In this document: positions 1 through 8,554 of the stretch, in pieces
Position numbering within the stretch: the first letter of the stretch is position 1
Layout of the letters: each line of letters begins with the position of its first letter
Source: an uncultured Bacilli bacterium
Lineage (GTDB): Bacteria; Bacillota_I; Bacilli_A; RF39; UBA660
Length of the DNA: 64,000 nt
Assembly (NCBI GenBank): GCA_944372425.1
Contig: CALVZC010000004.1
Location: 6,522-70,521 of the forward strand
Direction of reading: 5' to 3'
Made by a program: the position numbers and the translations under genes
The notes under the pieces: model-generated
The model's database searches: none
What the model was told of the DNA's origin: nothing
What the model saw: only the letters and a program-made list of their open reading frames with translations

Positions 1-575
1 TCAGATGCAATAAAAGATGCATTTTCATTTTTTGCTACAATTAATGGACTATCTTTTCTTATGGCATATATTTTATCTTGAATATCTGCACATATAATAG
101 CAATAGCATAAGATCCTTTGATAATTTGTTTAGTTTTAACAATTGCTTTAATAATATCATTGTATTCTTCATAATATTTATTTAGTAAAACAGCAATTAT
201 TTCACTATCAGTTTCAGAGATAAGTTTATAATTATCTTTTTTAACTTGTTCTTTTAAGTCATCATAATTTTCTATTATTCCATTATGAACAATCGTTATT
301 TTTCCACATGAGTGAGGGTGTGCATTTATTTTAGTTGCATCACCACAAGTTGCCCATCTAGTATGAGCAATGCCAATATTGCTTTCAATAGAATAATCAA
401 TAATTTTTTCAAGTTCTTCTATTTTCCCTTTTTCTTTTATTGTAATTATTTTATTTTTATTAAAATAAGCAATACCAGCAGAATCGTATCCACGATACTC
501 AAGAGCTTTTAATCCATTAATAAGAATGTTTAAAGCATTTTTTTCTTTTCCTATATATCCTACAATTCCACACAT
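1..575 (-). CDS. glmS: glutamine--fructose-6-phosphate aminotransferase, N-terminal part (gene runs off the left edge)
   Basis: Minus-strand translation from ATG at 575 reads MCGIVGYIGKEKNALNILINGLKALEYRGYDSAGIAY...IAHTRWATCG...HPH. This is the class-II glutamine amidotransferase N-terminus (Cys2) typical of GlmS. A glmS ribozyme lies directly upstream. The gene is absent from the ORF track because it is open at the window edge. Confidence 0.9.
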   Translation of the reverse strand, partial: MCGIVGYIGKEKNALNILINGLKALEYRGYDSAGIAYFNKNKIITIKEKGKIEELEKIIDYSIESNIGIAHTRWATCGDATKINAHPHSCGKITIVHNGIIENYDDLKEQVKKDNYKLISETDSEIIAVLLNKYYEEYNDIIKAIVKTKQIIKGSYAIAIICADIQDKIYAIRKDSPLIVAKNENASFIAS

Positions 576-589
576 AAAAACCTTTCTAT

Positions 590-720
590 TACGATATAAT
601 TTTTGTTACAATTTTGATTTTGTTTTTTGTATTATATCTAACGATTTATTAACCGTAACAGTATCCGCCGAAATTTCGATAACTGTTATCCTCGTCAACT
701 ATATAGTTCTGGCGCTAAGC
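590..720 (-). ncRNA. glmS ribozyme (GlcN6P-dependent self-cleaving 5' UTR)
   Basis: The reverse complement of 690-717 reads AGCGCCAGAACUAUAUAGUUGACGAGGAUAAC, giving the conserved cleavage-site AGCGCC and the GACGAGGA core. It continues AUCGAAAUUUCGGCGGAUACUGUUACGG, matching the conserved UCGAAAUUUCGGCGGAU segment. It sits immediately upstream of the glmS start. The 3' boundary is approximate. Confidence 0.85.
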
Positions 721-806
721 AAATCTACTCCTTTCATGATTTTGCTTTATTCTATTATATTCTATTATAAAATTATTTTATAGATTTTATTTAAAAAAAA
801 TAAAAC

Positions 807-834
807 TTTACATTTTATTTAATTGTGTTATAAT
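807..834 (+). promoter_or_regulatory. putative sigma-A promoter for the thrS leader
   Basis: TTTACA (807-812), a 16-nt spacer, then TATAAT (829-834) preceded by an extended -10 TGTG. AT-rich background makes this a weak call. Confidence 0.35.
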
Positions 835-874
835 CTATTTTATAAATGCAGTTATGCAAGACAACAGTTATATA

Positions 875-1048
875 TATTTTTTTAAAGAGAGTTATCGTTT
901 GGTGTAAGATAATAAAAATATATATAATTTACTACTTGTTAGCAGAACTCGAAAGATGTTTCCGGTAATATATCCGTTATATGAAAAAAGTTAAATTATG
1001 GATGGTACCGTGTTATGCACTCCTACAGTTATGTAGGGGTTTTTGTTT
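875..1048 (+). promoter_or_regulatory. T-box leader (threonine-specific) with terminator/antiterminator
   Basis: Stem I elements AGAGAG and GGUGUAA are present. A candidate specifier ACU (Thr) followed by A lies in UUUACUACUUG. The T-box sequence AAAUUAUGGAUGGUACCGUG lies at 992-1012. A terminator hairpin CUCCUAC..GUAGGGG plus U-run lies at 1018-1048. The element sits directly upstream of thrS. Confidence 0.85.
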
Positions 1049-1060
1049 TAGGAGGAATTT

Positions 1061-2806
1061 ATGGTAAATATTAAAGAAGATAGTAAATTGAATATTTTGA
1101 ATCACAGTTGTGCTCATCTTTTAGCCCAAGCAGTTAAGCATCTTTATCCAAATGCTAAATTTTGGGTAGGACCAGTAATAGAAGATGGTTTTTATTATGA
1201 TATTGATTTAGAAGGTAAATCATTAACTTTAGATGATTTACCTCAAATAGAAAAAGAAATGAAAAAACTAGCAAAAGATGGGAAAAGAATAGTAAGAGAA
1301 GAGTTAACTAGAAAAGAAGCTTTAGAAAAATTTAAAAATGATCCATATAAAATAGATTTAATAAATAATATGGAAAAAGATTCAATTATTAGTTGTTACA
1401 CACAAGGTGATTTTACAGACTTATGTCGTGGACCACACGTTGAATCAGTAAAACTTCTTAAATATTTTAAATTATTAAAGGTAAGTGGAGCATATTGGAA
1501 AAATGATAGTAAAAATCCAATGCTACAGAGAATATATGGAGTTTGTTTTGAGACACAAGAGCAGTTAGACGATTATTTGAATTTTTTAGAAGAAGCTAAA
1601 AAAAGAGATCATAAAAAATTAGGTCGTGAACTTGGTTTATTTATGATGAGTGAATATGGACCAGGTTTCCCGTTCTTTCTACATAATGGTATGATTATTC
1701 GTAATGAACTTGAAAATTTTTGGTATCAAGAACATATTAAAGAGGGATATGAATTTATTAAGACACCATTAATGTTAAATAAAGATTTGTGGGAATTATC
1801 AGGACATTGGTATAATTATCGTGAGAACATGTATACAAGTGAAATAGATGATAAAGTATTTGCAATAAAGCCAATGAATTGTCCTGGTGGAATGCTTGTA
1901 TATAAAAATAGTTTGCATTCATATAAAGATTTACCACTTAGAGTAGGAGAATTAGGGCAAGTCCATAGACATGAAGCAAGTGGGGCATTAAATGGGTTAT
2001 TTAGAGTACGTACTTTTACGCAAGATGATGCACATTTATATATGAGAGAAGATCAGATTGAAGAAGAGGTAATAAGACTTATAAACTTCATAGATAGAAT
2101 GTACAAAGTATTTAATCTTACTTATGATATAGAATTATCTACTAGGCCTAGTGAGAAATATATTGGAGATATCGCAATTTGGGATAAGTCAGAGAAGGCT
2201 TTAGAAGAAGCTTGTAAAAAAGCTGGACATACTTGTAAAATTAATCCTGGAGATGGAGCTTTTTATGGACCAAAGTTAGACTTTCATATTAAAGATTCTT
2301 TAGGTCGTGTATGGCAGTGTGGAACAATTCAACTTGATATGAATTTACCAGAAAGATTTGATTTAACTTACATCGATAAAGATGGTTCTAAGAAAAGACC
2401 AGTAATGTTGCATCGTGTTATATATGGTTCTATTGAAAGATTTATTGGAATATTAATTGAACATTATGCCGGAGCATTTCCTTTATGGTTAGCACCTGTT
2501 CAAGTAAACATAATTCCTGTAAATAGTGAATATCATAGTGAATATGCAAATAAAATTAAAGAGTATTTAAGAAACAATAATATTCGTGTTGAACTAGACG
2601 ATAGAAATGAAAAATTAGGATATAGAATGCGTGAAAGTCAAACTAAAAAAATACCATATACTTTGATAATAGGAGAAAATGAAAAAGAAAATAATATAAT
2701 AAGCTATCGTAAATATGGAAAAAATGATACAATAACAACTTCTTTAGATGAATTTATTCAATTATTAAAAAAAGAAATTGAAACAAAAAGTATGTTAAGT
2801 AAATAG
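1061..2806 (+). CDS. thrS: threonine--tRNA ligase (short form lacking the N-terminal TGS domain)
   Basis: 581 aa, starting at the editing-domain motif HSCAHLLAQAVKHLYP. Class II catalytic motifs are present (FRVRTFTQDDAH, GSIERFIG) together with an anticodon-binding C-terminus. It is preceded by a Thr T-box and a GGAGG RBS. Confidence 0.97.
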   Translation: MVNIKEDSKLNILNHSCAHLLAQAVKHLYPNAKFWVGPVIEDGFYYDIDLEGKSLTLDDLPQIEKEMKKLAKDGKRIVREELTRKEALEKFKNDPYKIDLINNMEKDSIISCYTQGDFTDLCRGPHVESVKLLKYFKLLKVSGAYWKNDSKNPMLQRIYGVCFETQEQLDDYLNFLEEAKKRDHKKLGRELGLFMMSEYGPGFPFFLHNGMIIRNELENFWYQEHIKEGYEFIKTPLMLNKDLWELSGHWYNYRENMYTSEIDDKVFAIKPMNCPGGMLVYKNSLHSYKDLPLRVGELGQVHRHEASGALNGLFRVRTFTQDDAHLYMREDQIEEEVIRLINFIDRMYKVFNLTYDIELSTRPSEKYIGDIAIWDKSEKALEEACKKAGHTCKINPGDGAFYGPKLDFHIKDSLGRVWQCGTIQLDMNLPERFDLTYIDKDGSKKRPVMLHRVIYGSIERFIGILIEHYAGAFPLWLAPVQVNIIPVNSEYHSEYANKIKEYLRNNNIRVELDDRNEKLGYRMRESQTKKIPYTLIIGENEKENNIISYRKYGKNDTITTSLDEFIQLLKKEIETKSMLSK

Positions 2807-2814
2807 GAGGAAAA

Positions 2815-3633
2815 ATGTCAAAAAGAAAAGAAAAAGAAAAGAAAAAGAAATTTATTTTTATATCTGTTATCACTTTATTATTATTAATTGTTTTATTATT
2901 ATTTTTTAAGTGGTTATTATTTGATAGAGTAATTGAAAGTGTTAATTTAGATTTAAATTCTGAAGATGCAATAAACATTGTATATAAAACTAAAACTTAT
3001 TCTTATTTTGATTATTTAGGAGAATATAAGGTTTCATCATTATCTAATCAAGAAAAATTATGGTTTGTTGTTGAAACGGATGACTTGTATGATAAGACTT
3101 TAAATTTTTATTCGGAAGGATCTTTAGTATCTGCAGAAGCAGTTTTGGAATTTTATAAACGTTATTTTGGAAACGATGAAATAGAGAATGAAGACATTTT
3201 ATGTCCAATAGATAATGAACCAGTATTTGAATATGATTCAAAGGAAAAATATTATAAATATAGCGATAATAGTCATTTACATGGAGGTATTTCGTATATT
3301 TATGATAAATATTCTTATCCAGTGTCAGTTAAAAAAATTAAAAAAGCTAATGGGGATATTTTATACGAAGTAAAAATGAAAAAAATGTTTGGTGATTATT
3401 GTACTGATGTGTGTGGAATAACTTCTAACTTTTATGGTACTTATGAAGATTCACTAAATAAAGAAAATGCTTTGATAAGCTCATATGAATATGATAATTG
3501 GGAAGACTATTTTACTAGTGATGAAAAAATAGAAAGTTTATATAATAAAATAAAAGATAAATTGCCTGTTTATACATATGTATTTAGGGAAGTAGATAAT
3601 CTTTATTTTCTTAAAGAAGTAAAAATTTCATAA
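2815..3633 (+). CDS. hypothetical membrane-anchored protein
   Basis: 272-aa ORF with a GGAGG RBS. It has a Lys-rich N-terminus followed by one hydrophobic helix (FIFISVITLLLLIVLLLFF). No recognisable catalytic motif. Confidence 0.6.
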   Translation: MSKRKEKEKKKKFIFISVITLLLLIVLLLFFKWLLFDRVIESVNLDLNSEDAINIVYKTKTYSYFDYLGEYKVSSLSNQEKLWFVVETDDLYDKTLNFYSEGSLVSAEAVLEFYKRYFGNDEIENEDILCPIDNEPVFEYDSKEKYYKYSDNSHLHGGISYIYDKYSYPVSVKKIKKANGDILYEVKMKKMFGDYCTDVCGITSNFYGTYEDSLNKENALISSYEYDNWEDYFTSDEKIESLYNKIKDKLPVYTYVFREVDNLYFLKEVKIS

Positions 3634-3649
3634 TGTTTAATGTATTATA

Positions 3650-3679
3650 AATCTCTTTACGTAAAGAGATTTTTTTTTT
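3650..3679 (+). terminator. rho-independent terminator
   Basis: Perfect stem ATCTCTTTAC/GTAAAGAGAT followed by T9. Confidence 0.7.
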
Positions 3680-3761
3680 GAAATAAATCTTTACAAAAAA
3701 GCAATATGATAGTAATATGATAGTAGCAGTGGTTGAAAGTGGTGAAAAGTGGGGGATTAAT

Positions 3762-4208
3762 ATGTTTATGGGTGAGTTTCATCATAGTATTGATGATAAA
3801 GGTCGATTAATTCTTCCTGCAAAGTTTCGTGAAGATTTAGGAGATAATTTTATAATTACAAGAGGTTTAGAAGAATGTTTATTCATTTATTCAATAAGTG
3901 AGTGGGAAAAAATAACCCATAAATTAAATAATTTACCATTTACGAAAAAGGATGCTCGTAGTTTTATGAGATTTTTCCTATCAGGTGCTACTGCAACAGA
4001 GTTTGACAAGCAAGGTCGAATTAATATTACCTCTCCATTGATTTCCTACGCTGATTTAAAGAAAGAATGCGTGATTATTGGCGTAGGAGATCGAATTGAA
4101 GTTTGGTCAAAAGAAAAATGGGATGACTTTTATAATAGTAATAAGGAGAAATTAAGCGATATTGCTGAAACGTTATTTGATTCTGATTGGACAAAAGGAG
4201 AAGAATAA
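3762..4208 (+). CDS. mraZ: transcriptional regulator MraZ
   Basis: [23 protein letters not shown] is the typical MraZ start, with a duplicated SpoVT/AbrB-like module (DKQGRINI). The internal ATG at 3762 is preferred over the track start at 3717. Confidence 0.93.
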   Translation: MFMGEFHHSIDDKGRLILPAKFREDLGDNFIITRGLEECLFIYSISEWEKITHKLNNLPFTKKDARSFMRFFLSGATATEFDKQGRINITSPLISYADLKKECVIIGVGDRIEVWSKEKWDDFYNSNKEKLSDIAETLFDSDWTKGEE

Positions 4209-4210
4209 AT

Positions 4211-5134
4211 ATGCATATAAGTGTTTTGTTAGAAGAATCAATAAATGGATTGAATTTGAAGTCAGACGGTATTTATGTTGATTGTACATTGGGATATGCA
4301 GGACATTCTAGTCGAATATTAGAAAGAATAAAAAGGGGTTACTTATTCGCCATTGATCAAGATCAAGACGCTATCGATTACAGTAAAAATAAATTAGACA
4401 AAATAGGTAAAAATTTTACTATAATAAAAAGTAATTTTTCAAATTTAAAAACGGAATTGCAGAAAAGAAATGTTGATTATGTCGATGGGTTCTTATTTGA
4501 TTTAGGTGTTTCTTCTGTACAATTAGATAATGCAGAAAGAGGATTTAGCTATCATTATGATGCACCTCTTGATATGAGGATGAATAAAGAATCATCTTTT
4601 TCTGCATATAACGTTGTTAATGAATATACAGAAAAAGATTTAATAAGAATTTTTTTTGAATATGGTGAAGAAAAATATTCTAAAAGTATTGCTAGAAATA
4701 TTATTAAATATCGTGAAAATAAAAAAATTAAAACAACTTTTGAACTAGCACAAATCATATCTGATTCTGTTCCTATGAAAGCAAAAAGAGAGAAGCATCC
4801 AGCTCGTAAAGTATTTCAAGCAATTAGGATTGAAGTTAATAATGAATTGGATATTTTGGAAGATTCTATTAAAGACGCGCTTTCGATGTTAAAAGTTGGG
4901 GGAAGAATAGCTATAATAACTTTTCATTCTTTAGAGGATAGAATAGTAAAAAATGTATTTAAAGAATGTACAGAAATAGATAATAAAGTTAAAGGCATGC
5001 CTAATATTCCTACTTGTTATCTTCCTAATTTTAAATTGGTTAATAAAAAACCAATTGAGCCTAGTGAAGGAGAAGTTAAAAATAATAATCGTTCTAGATC
5101 GGCAAAACTTAGAATAATTGAGAGAATAAAATAG
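4211..5134 (+). CDS. rsmH: 16S rRNA (cytosine1402-N4)-methyltransferase RsmH
   Basis: HISVLLEESINGL...YVDCTLGYAGHS...FDLGVSS motifs. An AAAGGAG RBS precedes the ATG at 4211. Position after mraZ fits the usual synteny. Confidence 0.95.
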   Translation: MHISVLLEESINGLNLKSDGIYVDCTLGYAGHSSRILERIKRGYLFAIDQDQDAIDYSKNKLDKIGKNFTIIKSNFSNLKTELQKRNVDYVDGFLFDLGVSSVQLDNAERGFSYHYDAPLDMRMNKESSFSAYNVVNEYTEKDLIRIFFEYGEEKYSKSIARNIIKYRENKKIKTTFELAQIISDSVPMKAKREKHPARKVFQAIRIEVNNELDILEDSIKDALSMLKVGGRIAIITFHSLEDRIVKNVFKECTEIDNKVKGMPNIPTCYLPNFKLVNKKPIEPSEGEVKNNNRSRSAKLRIIERIK

Positions 5135-5143
5135 GGTGATAAA

Positions 5144-5440
5144 ATGAAAAAGAAAAAAATGAAGAAAGTTTTGAAAATAGGAAAATTTGAAAAGTTAATT
5201 TATACTTTTGCTTTTGTTCTTATGTTAGCATCTCCATTTGCAGTTGTTTTTTTACAAGCTACTTTTTCTAAAGTAAACATTGAGGTAGAACAAATTAAAA
5301 AAGAAATAAAAACACAAGAAAAAAAGAATGAGAGCTTATCTATGAAAATAAATGAACTTGCTTCATTGGATAAAATTATTGAAGTTGCACACGAACAGGG
5401 TTTAAGTTATAATAATGATAATATAAAGTCTGTTGAATAA
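5144..5440 (+). CDS. ftsL: cell division protein FtsL-like
   Basis: Small bitopic protein with one TM helix and a coiled-coil. The call rests on its position between rsmH and the PBP gene. Confidence 0.6.
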   Translation: MKKKKMKKVLKIGKFEKLIYTFAFVLMLASPFAVVFLQATFSKVNIEVEQIKKEIKTQEKKNESLSMKINELASLDKIIEVAHEQGLSYNNDNIKSVE

Positions 5441-5454
5441 GGTCGTGATAATAA

Positions 5455-7605
5455 ATGAAAGAGAAAAATGAGCTTAGAAATATTAAATTTAGCAAAATTT
5501 ATGTTTTCTTTGCTTTTTTAATTTTTTGTATAATTGTTTTTCGAGTAGGTATTTTATCATTGAGTGATACTGTTGAAGGGGTGGATATTCAAAAATTAGC
5601 AAGTAGTAGAACTACTAGAAAAGAAGTTTTGGAATCTAAAAGAGGAACGATTTATGATGTTAAAGGTAATATTTTAGCGCAAAACGTTTCGTCATATACT
5701 TTAATTGCTTATCTTTCACCTAGTAGAACAACGGATGAAAATAATCCTCAACATGTTGTTGATGTTGAAAAAACTGCTGAGAGTTTATCTACTGTATTAG
5801 ATATAAGTAAAGAACAATTGATTAGTTATATGTCTAAAGATGCTTATCAAGTAGAATTTGGTAGCAAGGCAAAAAATTTAAGTGAGCTTAAAAAAGATGA
5901 AATTCTAGCTTTAGATTTACCTGGAATAGATTTTATTGAAACACAGCAAAGATATTATCCATATGGTAATTTTTTATCCTATACAATTGGTTATGCTAAG
6001 AAAAAAGATGTTACTAATGAAGAGGGAGAAACTTATCAAGAATTAGTTGGTGAAATGGGTATAGAATCTTATTGTAATGATAAATTAACTGGAGAAAACG
6101 GATATACTTTATATCAAAAAGATTTAACTGGTTATAAGATAGCAGGTACTAGTGAAGTTACAGTTGAAGCAGTCGATGGAAACGACGTATACTTAACTAT
6201 TGATAGTAATATTCAATTATTTGTTGAGCAAGCAATTGCTAAAATGTTAGAAGATTGTACTGTTGATTGGTTAGGAATAATGTTAGCAGATGCTAAAACT
6301 GGTGCAATTCTTGCTAGTGCAACATATCCATCATTTGATCCAAATAAAAAAGATATGGTATCATATCTCGATCAAAATATTTCTTATGCCTTTGAGCCCG
6401 GTTCTACTATGAAAATATTTTCTTATATGGCAGCAATGGAAAATGGGGTCTATAATGGCGATGAAACTTATCTGTCTGGTATTTTTACAGCACAAGATGG
6501 AACTCAAATAGGAGACTGGGATCGTAATGGTTGGGGATATATAACATATGATCAAGGTTTTGCGCTTTCTAGTAACGTTGCTATTATGAATTTAATTGAT
6601 AAGTACATGGATGCTGATATGTTAAAAGCATATTATAAAAGACTAGGATTTGATAGTAAAACGGGAATTGAATTACCGAATGAGTCTTCAGGAAAAATCG
6701 ATTTCAAGTATGAAACAGAAATTTTAAATGCTGGTTTTGGGCAAGGAATAACAACTACTTCAATTCAAAATATAAAAGCTTTAACTGCTATTTCCAATAA
6801 TGGTGTTTTATTAAAACCATATATAATTGATAAAATTGTTGACTCTGATACAGGTGAAGTATTATATCAAGGAGAAAAAACAGAAATAGAAAGAGTAGCT
6901 AGTCAAAAAACTGTCGAAAAAATAAAACAATTGATGCGTAATGTTATAAATGGTAATTCATCAACTTCTACAGGATACTATTATTATATGGAAGGTTATG
7001 ATTTTATTGCTAAAACTGGAACAGCGCAAGTTGCTAATGAAAATGGTACAGGGTATACAGATGGAATTGTCCGTGGATTAGCAGGAATGTTTCCAGGAGA
7101 TGATCCAGAAGTAATAATTTATTTAGCAATAAAAAATCCGACAAATGGTACAAAGCCTACAAAACAATTAGTGCAAGAAATAATAAAAAATGTTAGTAAA
7201 TATTTGGAAATATATGAAGAAGAAGAGAATACTTCTACAAAATTAGAAACTTTTGAAGTTGGATCATATCTTAATAAAGATAAAACATCCATTATTTCTA
7301 AGTTAAATAGTTATGGTGTTGAAGCTGTTGTTCTTGGTGATGGTGATACAATTGTTGAGCAATATCCTCAAAAAGGTTCTATCATAGATAAAACTGATAA
7401 AGTATTTTTATTAACTAATGGTACTAATATATTAATGCCTAATATTATTGGATATAGTGTCAAAGACTTTTATTCATTAACGTTTTTAATGGATATACCT
7501 TATGAGACAAATGGAATAGGATATGTTGTTTCTCAAAGTATACCGGCAAATACTATTATAGATGATAAAATGACCTTGAAAGTGGAATTTTCAGTTATAT
7601 ATTAA
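5455..7605 (+). CDS. penicillin-binding protein 2B / FtsI-type transpeptidase with two C-terminal PASTA domains
   Basis: Class B PBP with motifs STMK (GSTMKIF), SSN (ALSSNVA) and KTGT (AKTGTAQ), an N-terminal TM anchor, and two PASTA-like repeats in the last ~130 aa. Confidence 0.9.
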   Translation: MKEKNELRNIKFSKIYVFFAFLIFCIIVFRVGILSLSDTVEGVDIQKLASSRTTRKEVLESKRGTIYDVKGNILAQNVSSYTLIAYLSPSRTTDENNPQHVVDVEKTAESLSTVLDISKEQLISYMSKDAYQVEFGSKAKNLSELKKDEILALDLPGIDFIETQQRYYPYGNFLSYTIGYAKKKDVTNEEGETYQELVGEMGIESYCNDKLTGENGYTLYQKDLTGYKIAGTSEVTVEAVDGNDVYLTIDSNIQLFVEQAIAKMLEDCTVDWLGIMLADAKTGAILASATYPSFDPNKKDMVSYLDQNISYAFEPGSTMKIFSYMAAMENGVYNGDETYLSGIFTAQDGTQIGDWDRNGWGYITYDQGFALSSNVAIMNLIDKYMDADMLKAYYKRLGFDSKTGIELPNESSGKIDFKYETEILNAGFGQGITTTSIQNIKALTAISNNGVLLKPYIIDKIVDSDTGEVLYQGEKTEIERVASQKTVEKIKQLMRNVINGNSSTSTGYYYYMEGYDFIAKTGTAQVANENGTGYTDGIVRGLAGMFPGDDPEVIIYLAIKNPTNGTKPTKQLVQEIIKNVSKYLEIYEEEENTSTKLETFEVGSYLNKDKTSIISKLNSYGVEAVVLGDGDTIVEQYPQKGSIIDKTDKVFLLTNGTNILMPNIIGYSVKDFYSLTFLMDIPYETNGIGYVVSQSIPANTIIDDKMTLKVEFSVIY

Positions 7606-7629
7606 AAAAAAGAGACTAAAATCTCTTTT

Positions 7630-8178
7630 TTATATTGATCTATACATATTTTGATATTTAAATGGGTTTTTATTATCAATGTGATCAGTAAATAATATAC
7701 CATTTAAATGATCAATTTCATGTTGAAAAACAATAGCTAATTCTTCACGTGCTCTAATTCTTATTTTTTTACCATTGATGTCGAATCCTTCAACTGTGAC
7801 TCTTGCACATCTAGGAACTATTCCAATTACTTCGCGATTAACACTTAAGCAACCTTCACCATCTTCAACATATATCTTTTCTTCAGAAGAACTAACTATT
7901 TTAGGGTTGATAACAATGTAAGTATTAAAAACACCTTCTTCAACTTCATGGACAATAGTAATATATCTTTTTTTAATTCCTAACTGTATAGCAGCCATTC
8001 CCATTCCCGGTCTAAGATTATATTTTCCTGCTAATTCATCTATTTGACTATTAGTTAAATATTCAACCATTAAATCGATAGTTTTTTTATCTTTGTCGGA
8101 TAATGGAAATTTAACTTCTTCACTAACGGCTCGTAATAATTTATTTTTCTCATCTAAAATATCTTTCGTTTTTAGCAT
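7630..8178 (-). CDS. def: peptide deformylase
   Basis: Motifs GMGMAAIQLG, EGCLS and QHEIDHLNG. Confidence 0.95.
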   Translation of the reverse strand: MLKTKDILDEKNKLLRAVSEEVKFPLSDKDKKTIDLMVEYLTNSQIDELAGKYNLRPGMGMAAIQLGIKKRYITIVHEVEEGVFNTYIVINPKIVSSSEEKIYVEDGEGCLSVNREVIGIVPRCARVTVEGFDINGKKIRIRAREELAIVFQHEIDHLNGILFTDHIDNKNPFKYQNMYRSI

Positions 8179-8234
8179 GTTATCACCTCAACGTAGATAT
8201 TTTATCATGATTTAATTAAATTTTAAAGATATTT

Positions 8235-8399
8235 TTATCTATTATATCTAGATCCAAGTACAATTACTAGTAATATAAATAGAACTAAAACTATTGCATA
8301 TGAAGAATTATTACCACATCCACAAGATGGCATTGGCATAGGACATGTTTGAAAATTTGGAGTGCAAGAGTTTCCTCCACCACAGTAATACATATTCAT
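8235..8399 (-). CDS. tiny Cys/Gly-rich membrane protein (YjcZ-like)
   Basis: This ORF is not in the track because it is under 60 aa. A GGAGGA RBS is followed by MNMYYCGGGNSCTPNFQTCPMPMPSCGCGNNSSYAIVLVLFILLVIVLGSRYNR. The Gly/Cys-rich head plus a (F/Y)A(L/I)IVVLFILLVIV tail resembles the Firmicutes YjcZ tiny-TM family. Confidence 0.45.
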   Translation of the reverse strand: MNMYYCGGGNSCTPNFQTCPMPMPSCGCGNNSSYAIVLVLFILLVIVLGSRYNR

Positions 8400-8554
8400 T
8401 CCTCCTTTTTCTAATATAGTTTATTAGTTAGTGATAAAAATGCTACTACATATGACCTAATTTTTTCTTTTGCATTTTTATAATTTAATTTCTATTTTAG
8501 TTAATTTTTATTATCTGTGTTATAATATTTTTATCTATTATTTTGAGGTGACTT

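Noticed and set aside
312-783. Plus-strand track ORFs 312..512 and 526..783
   Set aside because: They lie antisense to the glmS coding region and across the glmS ribozyme. Their products are low-complexity, and the glmS reading on the minus strand is unambiguous.
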